Source of the DNA: an uncultured Candidatus Saccharibacteria bacterium | Lineage (GTDB): Bacteria; Patescibacteriota; Minisyncoccia; Phycocordibacterales; PALSA-1337 | Direction: 5' to 3' | DNA length: 64,000 bases | Assembly: GCA_964558375.1 (NCBI GenBank) | Contig: CAZLCD010000003.1 | Location: forward strand, 155-64,154 | Notes under the pieces: model-generated | Told to the model about the DNA's origin: nothing | The model's database searches: none | Seen by the model: the letters and a program-made list of their open reading frames with translations, nothing else | In this document: piece by piece, positions 17,616 through 27,755 of the stretch | How positions within the stretch are numbered: the first letter of the stretch is position 1 | How the letters are laid out: every line of letters starts with the position of its first letter | Made by a program: the position numbers and the translations under genes

Positions 17616-18740
17616 ATGCGCAAAATACTCATATTTTCACTGATGTACTATCCAAAATCTGTCGGTGGTGCAGAGGTGGCGATAAAGGAAATTACCGATA
17701 GGATTTCTGAAAAAGAGATCGTTTTTGACATGATTACCCTTAATAGTGGCAATGAGGTTTCTTTCGAAAAGATTGGCAATGTGAATATCTATAGAATATT
17801 AAATGGAAAAGGTTTCATTCAAAAAATGCTCTACCCATTTGTGGCTTTCAAAAAGTCTCTAAGCTTACAGCGCAAAAATAAATATGATGCTATATGGTCA
17901 ATGATGGCAAGTTATGCAGGGTTTGCTGGGATGCTTTTTAAAAAGACAAATAAAAATATTCCTTTTCTTTTGACCTTGCAAGAGGGAGAAAACTTCCGAA
18001 GAAGGGAAGGGGTTTTTAAATTTTTATATAGAAAAATATTTGCTGCTGCCGACAAAATACAAGTCATTTCGAAGTTTCTAGAAGATTGGGCAAGGCATAT
18101 GGGCGCTAGTTGTCCTATAACTATAGTTCCTAATGGTGTTGATTATGAACTTTTTTCAAATAGAAAGTCTGAAGAAGAATTGAATATTTTAAAAAATAAA
18201 TTAAATAAAAAAGCTGATGATATTTTCCTCGTCACTACCTCAAGGCTTGTAGAGAAAAATGCGACAGCTGACGTAATAGATTCTCTAAAGTTTTTACCAG
18301 AAAATGTAAAGTTTCTTATCTTGGGTCAAGGTCATCAAGAAAAAATGTTGAAAGAAAAAGTTACTAGACTTGGCCTTAAAGACCGTGTGATTTTCCTTGG
18401 ATATGTTTCTCATAAAGACTTGCCGCAGTATCTACATATCTCTGATATTTTTGTGCGACCAGCCCTTTCTGAAGGGTTTGGAAATTCATATATCGAGGCT
18501 ATGGCTTCTGGTATCCCTGTAATCGCCACCGAAGTTGGTGGTATTGTGGACTTTCTTAAAGATGGCGAGACTGGACTTTTTTGTGAAGTGAAGAATCCAA
18601 GAAGTATTGCTCAGAAGGTAGAGAAGTTGATTAAAGACCGAGAGTCTCGGGACTATATTATAAAAAATGCAAGGGAGATGGTTCTAGAAAAATATAGATG
18701 GGAAGAGGTGGTGAAGGGGATGGGGGAGGTATTTAAATAG
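17616..18740 (+). CDS. glycosyltransferase family 4 (GT4, RfaB/WcaL-like)
   Basis: C-terminal retaining-GT motif RPALSEGFGNSYIEAMASGIPVIATEVGGIVDFLKDGETGLF (E-x7-E region). Confidence 0.8.
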   Translation: MRKILIFSLMYYPKSVGGAEVAIKEITDRISEKEIVFDMITLNSGNEVSFEKIGNVNIYRILNGKGFIQKMLYPFVAFKKSLSLQRKNKYDAIWSMMASYAGFAGMLFKKTNKNIPFLLTLQEGENFRRREGVFKFLYRKIFAAADKIQVISKFLEDWARHMGASCPITIVPNGVDYELFSNRKSEEELNILKNKLNKKADDIFLVTTSRLVEKNATADVIDSLKFLPENVKFLILGQGHQEKMLKEKVTRLGLKDRVIFLGYVSHKDLPQYLHISDIFVRPALSEGFGNSYIEAMASGIPVIATEVGGIVDFLKDGETGLFCEVKNPRSIAQKVEKLIKDRESRDYIIKNAREMVLEKYRWEEVVKGMGEVFK

Positions 18741-18751
18741 AATAAAAAATT

Positions 18752-18770
18752 CCAGCCCGGGAGAGGCTGG
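18752..18770. terminator. bidirectional intrinsic terminator hairpin (CCAGCC-cgggaga-GGCTGG) between convergent genes
   Basis: 6-bp GC stem flanked by an A-run upstream (aataaaaaatt) and a T-containing tract downstream. Confidence 0.45.
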
Positions 18771-18796
18771 AAGGTGTTAGTTTGGGATGGGCGAGG

Positions 18797-19495
18797 CTAA
18801 TAAGTGAAATTATCAGCAATAGGAATGCCGGAAACTGTAATCCCTTTACAAGTTCCACTCATGGTCGTAGCTACTTCTTCATCATTGATGATTCTGATAG
18901 CTGGTGAAGTGCAAATTTTGTCAAACAACTCCCTGCTCATGACCATGGTGAAGTTGTGGAAGATTCGACGAGCTCCACCTAGTGGTGAGGTTCCTGCTCC
19001 ATCTTTAGGTGGCAACTGCCTCACTGTCCTATCGTAAACAATTCCAATTTTCATAGCTTCTTCCAAGCTCAAAATTGGCAGTATTCCCTTGAGTTCAGTT
19101 CCTGTTAGCTCATCGATCATTTCACTACGAGGGTCAGTGTTAAAATAACCACAATCACGGGTTCCGAAGAATTCAATAGCCCTTTCTGCAATCTCCGGGT
19201 TTTCAACTTTAAACCTCGCATCATGTCCATCCTCTTTGTTTTGGTGAATCTCCTTTGCCATAAAGGTGAGTTTTACGTAATCAATTCCTCTGGTGGTGAG
19301 TTGCGCAGCACCTCCGATAGGTACAAGGAGTCTGTCTCCTTTTTCCCAGGCTCCTGAATTGAAAATGCCTAAGCGATACCTCTCTTCAGTCCCAATTATA
19401 GAAACAAACGGAGCTAATAATCCACAAGATACTCTATATGCCATACTAATAAGCTTTCTCTTTCGATCGTTAAAGGTGTGAAGAACGATAACCAC
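18797..19495 (-). CDS. conserved hypothetical protein (232 aa)
   Basis: Clean ORF with globular composition and motifs DCGYFNTDPRSE and GGARRIF. Not matched to a known family by eye. Confidence 0.35.
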   Translation of the reverse strand: MVIVLHTFNDRKRKLISMAYRVSCGLLAPFVSIIGTEERYRLGIFNSGAWEKGDRLLVPIGGAAQLTTRGIDYVKLTFMAKEIHQNKEDGHDARFKVENPEIAERAIEFFGTRDCGYFNTDPRSEMIDELTGTELKGILPILSLEEAMKIGIVYDRTVRQLPPKDGAGTSPLGGARRIFHNFTMVMSRELFDKICTSPAIRIINDEEVATTMSGTCKGITVSGIPIADNFTY

Positions 19496-19586
19496 GCTTG
19501 GTCACCACTCTATTTTTTATACTAAATGCTTTTTAAGCATCTGTCAAGGTTACGACAATTAAGTCTAGGGTTATAATCATCCTCAT

Positions 19587-20363
19587 ATGAACAAGAACCG
19601 CCACTCATTCACCCTTGCAACCATAGTCTCTGCCGGAGAATTACTTTTAAAAGAAAGAGATAAAAATTTCACCACCTCCTCAAAAGAAGGTGACTATCGC
19701 AATCTAGTTACCTCGGTAGATATTATTGTTGATGACTTTATAAAAAAGTCTATAAAATCTTCTTTTCCAGATGACCAAATATATTCCGAAGAATCGACGG
19801 AGAACGTGGCAACTTTAAATTCTTTCTGGTCTATTGACCCTATCGATGGAACTTCAAACTTTGCTAGAGGCATTCCTCATTTTGCTGTATGTCTTGCTTA
19901 TATAGAAAATGGCGCGGCGGTGTCTGGAGCTGTCTATAATCCTGTCACTAAAGAGCTTTATAGTTTTGAAAAAGGCAAAGGGGCCAAGCTCAATGGAAAT
20001 AAAATTGAAGTATCTAAAGTTAATCTTTTAAAAGAAGCCTATGTTTTATTGCATATCGGTCGCAAAGAATCTCTTAGGGATTGGGGTTTGAATCTACAAA
20101 GAAAGTTTTTGGGTGAAGCAAAGAAAACTATAAACCTCGGTTCATCTGCGCTTGATCTATGCTTTGTGGCTTCAGGAAAAGTCGATGCTACTATATACGG
20201 AACTCTCACCACTCTAGACTGCGCATCAGCTATTGGTATTGTTCGTGAGGCTTTGGGTGAGGTTTATGATTCTTCTGGACAGATGATCAAGCTTGATAAA
20301 AATCCACAGAAGATTTTTGCTACTTCAAATAAGGACTTATTTGATCAAATAGTTAAGCTTTAG
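19587..20363 (+). CDS. suhB: inositol monophosphatase family protein (SuhB/CysQ-like)
   Basis: WSIDPIDGTSNFARGIPHFAVCLA (DPIDGT motif) and downstream GSSALDLCFVASGKVDA (WDxAAG-like). Confidence 0.8.
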   Translation: MNKNRHSFTLATIVSAGELLLKERDKNFTTSSKEGDYRNLVTSVDIIVDDFIKKSIKSSFPDDQIYSEESTENVATLNSFWSIDPIDGTSNFARGIPHFAVCLAYIENGAAVSGAVYNPVTKELYSFEKGKGAKLNGNKIEVSKVNLLKEAYVLLHIGRKESLRDWGLNLQRKFLGEAKKTINLGSSALDLCFVASGKVDATIYGTLTTLDCASAIGIVREALGEVYDSSGQMIKLDKNPQKIFATSNKDLFDQIVKL

Positions 20364-21390
20364 CAAATTCTCTTTGTCGACTTTTTTCTTCTTCCGAGCG
20401 TAAAGTATTTCTTTCTTTTATATAAGAAGAAATAAAATTTCTGTCCAACTGTTCCTCATTTAAGATCGATTCAAGAATTTTATGCCATAGATCTATCCTT
20501 GACTCGGTAAGTGTACGTAGATCACCAGAAGTCTTCGGAAGAGATTGTGCATAAAACGAAAGTAGAAAACCGATTTTATATATACGCATGATTTTTAGAC
20601 TAAGGTATTCTTCTTTACTACGATTTTCTAAAATATATTGGCTAAGAGCTTTTTCGATATCTGGATTATGGATTATCATATAATTTAAGAAGCGTGCCCA
20701 GCCCTCGTATTTGTTACCAAACTGCACCGCTGAACAATCAAGCATATAAAGCGATTGATTTTTTATTCTAAAGTTATGTGGGACAAAGTCGCTATGGGTT
20801 AGATAGTTGGTGTATTTATCAATTAAGGCCTTATTTGATTTGATTAACTCCAATGATCGGGTATGAATTTCTTTATTCATAGAGAAGTCTCTAAAAGACT
20901 CTATGTATTTTTTTGAATTCCAAATTGGAAATGTCTTCTCTATAGATTTTATATGTTCAAATGTTGTAGCATGAAAGTTTTCTTGAGCTTCAAAAGCTTT
21001 GAGAGCAATGAAAAATTGTTCTTCTAACGCATGATCCACAAAAACTTTTTCTTGTGTAATGAAGAGGGTGATAAAGATCAGATAATTTTCCCGAACACCA
21101 TAATATAATTCTTGAGGAAAAGAAATACTGTCATCTGCAAAAGAGAGTGATTTTAATAAATCTCGAGATTTCTTCTCATTTTCAATCTCTATTTTGCCGT
21201 GAGGATGATTGGCAATTTTAATTATAACTTTAGCTTTATCTGAGAGTCTATTTCCAACAAGAACTAGTTTGTTCTTGGTCATGAGATAACGCTCTCCACC
21301 TATGTGAAGTTGATCTTTGTCCAAAGAAAATCCAAGCCCCGCAATGATTCCTCTGATATTTTCAAGGTCTATAGTGATTGATTTTGTCAT
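20353..21390 (-). CDS. phosphotransferase-family kinase-like protein (APH/choline-kinase fold)
   Basis: THSDFVPHNFRIKNQSLYMLDCSAVQFG matches the Brenner/APH catalytic-loop pattern HxDxxxxNxx…(L/I)DxE. Confidence 0.4.
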   Translation of the reverse strand: MTKSITIDLENIRGIIAGLGFSLDKDQLHIGGERYLMTKNKLVLVGNRLSDKAKVIIKIANHPHGKIEIENEKKSRDLLKSLSFADDSISFPQELYYGVRENYLIFITLFITQEKVFVDHALEEQFFIALKAFEAQENFHATTFEHIKSIEKTFPIWNSKKYIESFRDFSMNKEIHTRSLELIKSNKALIDKYTNYLTHSDFVPHNFRIKNQSLYMLDCSAVQFGNKYEGWARFLNYMIIHNPDIEKALSQYILENRSKEEYLSLKIMRIYKIGFLLSFYAQSLPKTSGDLRTLTESRIDLWHKILESILNEEQLDRNFISSYIKERNTLRSEEEKSRQREFAKA

Positions 21391-21451
21391 TTTTTTATTC
21401 TACAATAATAACACTTTTTAACCAACTAATAGCTATATTAACCAATACAAT

Positions 21452-22405
21452 ATGAATACTGTTATTTTAACCGGAGGTGCTGGATTCATCGGATCGAATC
21501 TTATTCCAAAGCTTTTGAACAAAGGCTATAAGGTTATCTGTGTAGATAATTTTGACGATACTTATGATCCAGGTATAAAAGAAAAAAATATATCGATTTT
21601 TAAGGATAATCCTAATTTTGTTTTGGAGAGAGTGGATATTCGCGACATCGATAAGTTGAAAAAAGTTTTTGAAAATAATAAACCTAAGTTCGTGGTCCAT
21701 CTAGCCGCAAAGGCCGACACTCGCGATGCTGTAGATAATCCTTTCATCTATACTTCTATAAACATAGACGGCACTCTAAACGTTCTTGAATGTGCCAGAA
21801 TTTTTGCTATAGAAAATATCGCTCTAGCCTCATCTTCTTCTGTGTATGGCAATACAGAAGCTGTACCATGGAGCGAAAATGAAACCGCTGACAAGCCTCT
21901 TTCTCCATACGGTGCTACAAAAAGAGCTGTTGAACTTATGGCCTATACCTATCATCACAATTTCAAAATGAACATTACATGCCTGCGTTATTTTAATGCT
22001 TATGGAGAAAATAACAGACCAAACATGGTGCCTTATAAATGGGCCGATCTACTGCTTCATGATAAAGAAATAGAAATTTCTGGAGATGGAAGTCGTAAGC
22101 GAGACTATACTTATGTCGGGGATATTGCAGATGCTACATTGCTTGCTATGGAAAAACCATTAGGTTTTGAGATTCTAAATATCGGTAACAAAAACCCAAT
22201 TTCTCTAAATGAACTTCTGGCTGTTTTTGAAAAAATTATTGGTGTCAAGGCTAAGGTTGTTTCTAGAAAAAGTAATTCGGCAAGTGTAGAAATAACTTAT
22301 GCTGATATTGCCAAAGCTAAAAATTTGCTCAATTGGGAACCAAAGGTTTCTCTCGAAGAGGGGATAGGGAAGTTAGTGAAGTGGTTTCGTGACAACAGAC
22401 TCTAA
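21452..22405 (+). CDS. NAD-dependent epimerase/dehydratase (UDP-glucuronate 4-epimerase/GalE-like SDR)
   Basis: ILTGGAGFIGSNL Rossmann motif, catalytic YGATK (YxxxK), and SSSSVYG. Confidence 0.8.
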   Translation: MNTVILTGGAGFIGSNLIPKLLNKGYKVICVDNFDDTYDPGIKEKNISIFKDNPNFVLERVDIRDIDKLKKVFENNKPKFVVHLAAKADTRDAVDNPFIYTSINIDGTLNVLECARIFAIENIALASSSSVYGNTEAVPWSENETADKPLSPYGATKRAVELMAYTYHHNFKMNITCLRYFNAYGENNRPNMVPYKWADLLLHDKEIEISGDGSRKRDYTYVGDIADATLLAMEKPLGFEILNIGNKNPISLNELLAVFEKIIGVKAKVVSRKSNSASVEITYADIAKAKNLLNWEPKVSLEEGIGKLVKWFRDNRL

Positions 22406-23581
22406 AATTTTCTCTAGGTTTTCTATATGGGCCTCCCAAGAGAATTTGGTTTTTAAAAGGTCCACTCCGTTATGTACAAGTTTTTCTTGCAAAGTTTTAT
22501 CTGTAAGTAGACGCAAGATGGCCTCAGCAAGGCCTTTTTCATCACCTGGTTCTACTAGTAATCCAGTCTTCTCATGATATATAGCTTCATTGGTACCACT
22601 TATATTTGTAGCGACTACGGGTATCATAGCTGCAAAACTTGTAAGAACTACATGTGGCAATCCTTCATATGTGGAATTTAAAACATAAACAGATGATTTC
22701 TTTCTCAATTGCCATGTCTCTGCACGTGAGACATTACCCTTAAATACTACATTATCAATAACTCCAAGTTCGCGGGCGAGATTTTGTAAATTTTCTAATT
22801 CTGGACCTTCTCCAGCGACTATGAGTTTGATATTAGGAATTTTTTCTTTAAGAATTGCTACGGCTTTTATAATGCCATCTATACCTTTCCATACTACCAA
22901 TCTGGCTGTTGTGACTATTTGATTCTCTACTTTCTCTACGTTGAAAGGTAAAATCTCAGAATTTTCTGAGGCATTGTAATTTACGACTACTTTTTCTCTT
23001 GGTACTTTGTATGCCTTAATAATTTCCTCTCCGAGATAGGCTGATGGGGTAGTGACAATAGAAGCACGACGTAATACAAAACCTTGTATCCACATCATTG
23101 TTTTTATTTTGATCCCGCCATCCGGGTTTTTTAAAAATTCCTCAAGTCTCTTTTCTGTTAGTCTGCGCTGCGCCGCTCTTTCCCAAGCTTCATCTCCTAC
23201 AAATTTTAAAATAAATGGCACATGAAAAATACTACAAGCTATAGCTGTAGGTAAGCCAGCTGCCATGGCGTTCTGAACATAGACAATATCAAAACCCCTT
23301 ACTACTTTTAAAAGTTCAATTGTATATTTTAATAATCTTTTTATCAGAGCCTGATTTTTTTCAACTACTATAAGTTTGGTACCGACGAATGGTTCCTGCT
23401 TATGGGTGTAGGCAGTAACAGTTATTTCATGTTTTGTGTGAAGTCGCTCACATAGTTCTTTGATATAGGTCGCAGGCCCGCCAATTTCTGGTGGATAGAT
23501 CGGTGTTGCTAGAAGAATTTTCATAATTTTCGATAATAACACAATTATATATCTTTGTGATAGTATGTACAAATAACCCAT
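22373..23581 (-). CDS. glycosyltransferase family 4
   Basis: N-terminus MKILLATPIYPPEIGGPATY. C-terminus NSTYEGLPHVVLTSFAAMIPVVATNISGTNEAIYHEKTGLLVEP. Confidence 0.75.
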   Translation of the reverse strand: MGYLYILSQRYIIVLLSKIMKILLATPIYPPEIGGPATYIKELCERLHTKHEITVTAYTHKQEPFVGTKLIVVEKNQALIKRLLKYTIELLKVVRGFDIVYVQNAMAAGLPTAIACSIFHVPFILKFVGDEAWERAAQRRLTEKRLEEFLKNPDGGIKIKTMMWIQGFVLRRASIVTTPSAYLGEEIIKAYKVPREKVVVNYNASENSEILPFNVEKVENQIVTTARLVVWKGIDGIIKAVAILKEKIPNIKLIVAGEGPELENLQNLARELGVIDNVVFKGNVSRAETWQLRKKSSVYVLNSTYEGLPHVVLTSFAAMIPVVATNISGTNEAIYHEKTGLLVEPGDEKGLAEAILRLLTDKTLQEKLVHNGVDLLKTKFSWEAHIENLEKILESVVTKPLH

Positions 23582-23586
23582 AGTCT

Positions 23587-24606
23587 ATGAAAATCCTCAT
23601 TTCTACAGGTATATACCCTCCCGATATAGGCGGATCAGCTCAATATGCTCGTAATCTATATGAGACATGGAAAGCTGAGGGTCATGAAGTGAAAGTGGCT
23701 GCATACAGATGGGAGAGAGCCTTTCCCAATTTTGCTAGGCATTTTCTTTTTTTTACAAAAATCATTCGCAAAGGTTGGAATGCCGATATGATACTCGTTC
23801 TCGATACTTGGAGTGCTGCGGTGCCTACTATGTATGCCTGTGCTTTGATGAGAAAGAAATACATTATAAGAACCGGTGGAGATTTCCTCTGGGAAACTTA
23901 TGTTGAAAGAACTGGAGATCTTGTCCTATTTAAAGATTTTTATAATACTCGCCTCAATAAACTTTCAAAAAAAGAAAGAGTTATTTTTAAGTTAGGTGGA
24001 GAATCTTTGCGTAAGGCTTCAAAGGTAATCTACAGTACAGAATGGCAAAGAAAGATTTTTGAAAAAGTCTATAAGCTTGATAAAAACAAAAGTGTAATTG
24101 TTGAGAATTATTGTGGTGAAAGGGAAGAACCTGTGGAACCAGAGGGAAGAGTTTTTCTTGCTGGAACTCGCAATCTCAAATGGAAAAATGTCGAAGCTCT
24201 CAAAGAGGCTTTCAAACTTGCGCAGAGTGAAGTAAATAAAAGGGGACTATTACCAATAGAATTCGATACCACCAAGGCTATATATGATAATTTTCAAGAT
24301 AGAATGAGAAGGGCATATGCCGTAATTCTTACATCTCTTGGAGATATTAGCCCCAATATGATTTTGGACGCTATACGTCTTGGTGTGCCTTTTATTTTAA
24401 CCAAAGAAACTGGCATAGCAGACAAAATAAAAGACTGTGCAATCTTTGTCGATCCTTTGAATGAAAGAGATATTGTAGAGAAAATACTCTGGATATCTGA
24501 TCCTAAAAACCGCGCTTCGCAGGCGGAAAAAGTAAAAAGATTTAATTGGGTGCATAGTTGGAAGGATATCGGTAAAGAGATAATTGATATACATGGACGA
24601 AAATAA
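23587..24606 (+). CDS. glycosyltransferase-like protein (GT4-type N-terminal domain)
   Basis: N-terminus MKILISTGIYPPDIGGSAQYARNLYETW is paralogous to the neighbouring GT4 N-terminus. The C-terminal half is divergent. Confidence 0.5.
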   Translation: MKILISTGIYPPDIGGSAQYARNLYETWKAEGHEVKVAAYRWERAFPNFARHFLFFTKIIRKGWNADMILVLDTWSAAVPTMYACALMRKKYIIRTGGDFLWETYVERTGDLVLFKDFYNTRLNKLSKKERVIFKLGGESLRKASKVIYSTEWQRKIFEKVYKLDKNKSVIVENYCGEREEPVEPEGRVFLAGTRNLKWKNVEALKEAFKLAQSEVNKRGLLPIEFDTTKAIYDNFQDRMRRAYAVILTSLGDISPNMILDAIRLGVPFILTKETGIADKIKDCAIFVDPLNERDIVEKILWISDPKNRASQAEKVKRFNWVHSWKDIGKEIIDIHGRK

Positions 24607-25717
24607 TAATAAAAAAGTATTAGAAAATTTTAATACTGAATATAAAGATTATAACGATTATACAGCGATAATGATTTCGACTGATCGAGCAATTTTTATT
24701 GAAACAAGTGCAGTGCGTGCAAGGATGATCGAATATTCTAAGCTTTACAAAGAACTACATATTATTGTTTTCTCTACAAATAATTTTGAGACCGTAAATC
24801 TTTCTGAAAACTGCAAGATCTATTCTACAAATTCTCTTACCAAGCTTGATTATATAAGAGGTGCTTATAATGTCGGCAAAGAAATTTTAAAAAATATCCC
24901 AGTGGGTGAGAAGGTTTTGTTTACCTGTCAGGATCCATTTGAGACGGGATTGGTTGGAGCAAAACTATCTTCGATTAGGAATGGTTCAGAATTATTGTTA
25001 CAAATTCACACGGATTTATTTAGTCCATATTTTGGTTCTTTGAAAATAGGCTTTAAAAACTTTATATTAAATAATCTTCGACTTTTTATTTCCAGATTTA
25101 CTTTACCCAGAGCAAATACTATTCGTGTTGTTTCAAAAAAGATTGCAGATTCTTTGGAAAAGCGAGGCTTCTCAATTGAAAAAATAATTGTAAAACCGAT
25201 CGAAGTAAATGTTGATTTTTTTAAAAATAGCGTCCCCGCCTTTTCTTTGAAAGAAAAATTTCCTCAATTTAAAAAGATAGTGCTTATGGTTTCGCGACTA
25301 GAAACTGAGAAGAATATTGATATGGCTATAAGGGCGGTGGCTAAAGTTATAGAACAAAGAAAAAGTCAGGCTGATGGACAGGTAAATGGCCGGGGCCATG
25401 GGCAAAATAGCGACCTAGGACTGGTCATTGTAGGCTCTGGCAAAGAGATGCAAAAGCTCAAAAAACTAGCCTATACACTCAAAATTGAGGCTCAAGTGGC
25501 CTTTGAAGGCTTCCAAAGTGACCTTATTCCTTATTATAAAGGTTGTGATATATTTCTAGTAACTTCTTGGTATGAAGGTTATGGTATGGTTTTTAAAGAG
25601 GCTCAAGCCGCAGGGTGTAGAATCATTTCTACTGATGTGGGGATTGCCCGCGAAGTTGGAGTAGAGATTGTGGGGTGGGAGGTTGAAGATATTGTAGAGG
25701 TACTTAATGAAATTTGA
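24584..25717 (+). CDS. glycosyltransferase family 4
   Basis: C-terminus SWYEGYGMVFKEAQAAGCRIISTDVGIAREV. Confidence 0.7.
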   Translation: MIYMDENNNKKVLENFNTEYKDYNDYTAIMISTDRAIFIETSAVRARMIEYSKLYKELHIIVFSTNNFETVNLSENCKIYSTNSLTKLDYIRGAYNVGKEILKNIPVGEKVLFTCQDPFETGLVGAKLSSIRNGSELLLQIHTDLFSPYFGSLKIGFKNFILNNLRLFISRFTLPRANTIRVVSKKIADSLEKRGFSIEKIIVKPIEVNVDFFKNSVPAFSLKEKFPQFKKIVLMVSRLETEKNIDMAIRAVAKVIEQRKSQADGQVNGRGHGQNSDLGLVIVGSGKEMQKLKKLAYTLKIEAQVAFEGFQSDLIPYYKGCDIFLVTSWYEGYGMVFKEAQAAGCRIISTDVGIAREVGVEIVGWEVEDIVEVLNEI

Positions 25718-26681
25718 GATGAAAGAGAAAATTAATTTAAAAGGTAAAAAAATAGTTATTACTGGAGGCGCGGGATTTATTGGGTCTCATATTGCCGATG
25801 CGCTTTTATCTGAAGATGCTCAAGTGATAATTGTTGATATAAAAAAGGAAAATCAATTAGATTCAATTGCTCACATAAAAGATAAAATTGAATATCATAA
25901 TGTAAGTATTGTTGATACAGCAAAGCTCACGGATATTTTTAAAGGTGCATATGCAGTCTTGCATCAAGCAGCTTTACCATCTGTACCTAGAAGTATTGAA
26001 TTTCCACTGGAGACTCAAAATATAAACTCGACAGGAACCATCAGTGTTTTTGTGGCAGCAAAAGATGCTGGAGTAGAAAGACTAGTATATGCATCATCAA
26101 GTTCTGTGTATGGTAATACCCCTGTTCTTCCAAAAGTTGAAACGATGATACCTGACCCTCTATCACCTTATGCTGCTCAGAAACTTACAAATGAATTATA
26201 TGGAAAGATTTTTTATACAATCTTTGGATTAAAAACAATTGGTCTCAGATATTTTAATGTTTTTGGACCAAGACAAAATCCTGATTCAGAATACGCTGCG
26301 GTTATACCCAAATTTATAAAACTTATGAAGAATGGTCATCAGCCTACTATATTTGGAGATGGAGAAAACTTCAGAGATTTTACTCATGTTAAAAATGTGG
26401 CCGATGCTAATATTTCCGCACTCAAGGCTGACTCAGGTTTCGGTGAAGTATTTAACATTTCTTGTGGTGAGCCAATCTCATTAAATTGTCTCGCTTCTCA
26501 GATTAACAGTATATTGTCTAAAACAATTGAATCTAATCATCTACCTCTTCGTAAGGGTGACATTAAAGATAGTTTCGCGGATATAAATAAAGCTAAAGAA
26601 ATTCTAGGTTATAAACCAACTATCTATTTTAATGATGGATTAAATTTAACTGTAAAGTGGTTTTTGGAAGGAGGTTTCTAA
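25707..26681 (+). CDS. NAD-dependent epimerase/dehydratase (UDP-GlcNAc/UDP-Glc 4-epimerase-like, WbpP/GalE family)
   Basis: VITGGAGFIGSHIADAL, SSSSVYG and YAAQK (YxxxK). Confidence 0.8.
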   Translation: MKFEMKEKINLKGKKIVITGGAGFIGSHIADALLSEDAQVIIVDIKKENQLDSIAHIKDKIEYHNVSIVDTAKLTDIFKGAYAVLHQAALPSVPRSIEFPLETQNINSTGTISVFVAAKDAGVERLVYASSSSVYGNTPVLPKVETMIPDPLSPYAAQKLTNELYGKIFYTIFGLKTIGLRYFNVFGPRQNPDSEYAAVIPKFIKLMKNGHQPTIFGDGENFRDFTHVKNVADANISALKADSGFGEVFNISCGEPISLNCLASQINSILSKTIESNHLPLRKGDIKDSFADINKAKEILGYKPTIYFNDGLNLTVKWFLEGGF

Positions 26682-26703
26682 ATTTGATTAAAACCCTCTT
26701 TTC

Positions 26704-26711
26704 TGTATAAT
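26704..26711 (+). promoter_or_regulatory. extended -10 TGTATAAT, 8 nt upstream of the gmd ATG
   Basis: TGnTATAAT with no Shine-Dalgarno sequence between it and the start codon. Confidence 0.35.
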
Positions 26712-26719
26712 GGACAAAT

Positions 26720-27742
26720 ATGAAAAAAGCCCTAATCACTGGTATTACTGGCCAAGATGGTTCCTATTTAGCTGAATTTCTCTTAAAGAAAGGATATGAG
26801 GTTTATGGCCTTGTGAGAAGAACCAGCAATGATCCTTTTGCTCGTTTCGACTACCCAAATATAAAGATACATAAAATTGATGGGAACTTGAGAGATCTTG
26901 GAACAGTGCGTAGAGCGATGGAAGAAGTCGTTCCTGATGAAATTTACAATCTTGCTGCGCAGTCTCACGTAGGAGTTTCTTTCAATTGTGCTGAAGAAAC
27001 AGAAGATATTAATTATTATGGAGTAGGTAGAGTTGTAAATGAAGCTATCAGGGTTAACCCAAAAGTAAAAATTTATCAAGCATCAACTAGTGAAATGTTT
27101 GGCTCTAGTAAACCTCCGCAGAATGAAAAAACTGAGTTTAATCCAGTTAGTCCTTATGCAGATGCAAAAAGACGAGCCCATGATGATTTTGTGGTGAATA
27201 TTAGAGATAAAGGATACTTTATCTGCTCTGGAATACTTTTTAACCATGAATCTCCAAGAAGAGGAGCACAATTTGTAACAAGAAAGATCACGATTTCTTT
27301 GGCTAAGATAAAATTAGGATTACAGGATTGTTTAGAATTAGGTAATCTTGATGCAAAAAGAGATTGGGGTTTTGCGGGAGACTATGTAGAGATTATGTGG
27401 AAAATGCTTCAACAAAAACAACCCAAGGACTATGTTATTGCTACCGGAGAGTCTCACACTGTAAGAGATTTCGTCAATGCTTCCGCAGAAGTTTTGGGTA
27501 TAAAAATAAAATGGTCTGGAAAAGGTGAAAAAGAAATAGGTAAAGATGAAGATGGTAAAGTCATTGTTAAAGTAAATCCCAAATTCTACCGTCCTGCAGA
27601 AGTAAATTATCTTTGTGGAGATCCTTCAAAAGCAAAGAAAGATTTAAATTGGAAGCCAAAGGTAACTTTTAAAGAATTAGTCAAAATGATGGTTGAGCAT
27701 GACCTAACTGTTTTTAGTTTTCATAAACAACATCAGAAGTAA
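26720..27742 (+). CDS. gmd: GDP-mannose 4,6-dehydratase
   Basis: MKKALITGITGQDGSYLAEFLLKKGYEVYGLVRRTS is the hallmark GMD N-terminus. YADAK catalytic pair. 340 aa. Confidence 0.85.
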   Translation: MKKALITGITGQDGSYLAEFLLKKGYEVYGLVRRTSNDPFARFDYPNIKIHKIDGNLRDLGTVRRAMEEVVPDEIYNLAAQSHVGVSFNCAEETEDINYYGVGRVVNEAIRVNPKVKIYQASTSEMFGSSKPPQNEKTEFNPVSPYADAKRRAHDDFVVNIRDKGYFICSGILFNHESPRRGAQFVTRKITISLAKIKLGLQDCLELGNLDAKRDWGFAGDYVEIMWKMLQQKQPKDYVIATGESHTVRDFVNASAEVLGIKIKWSGKGEKEIGKDEDGKVIVKVNPKFYRPAEVNYLCGDPSKAKKDLNWKPKVTFKELVKMMVEHDLTVFSFHKQHQK

Positions 27743-27755
27743 TTGGTTTAATTTT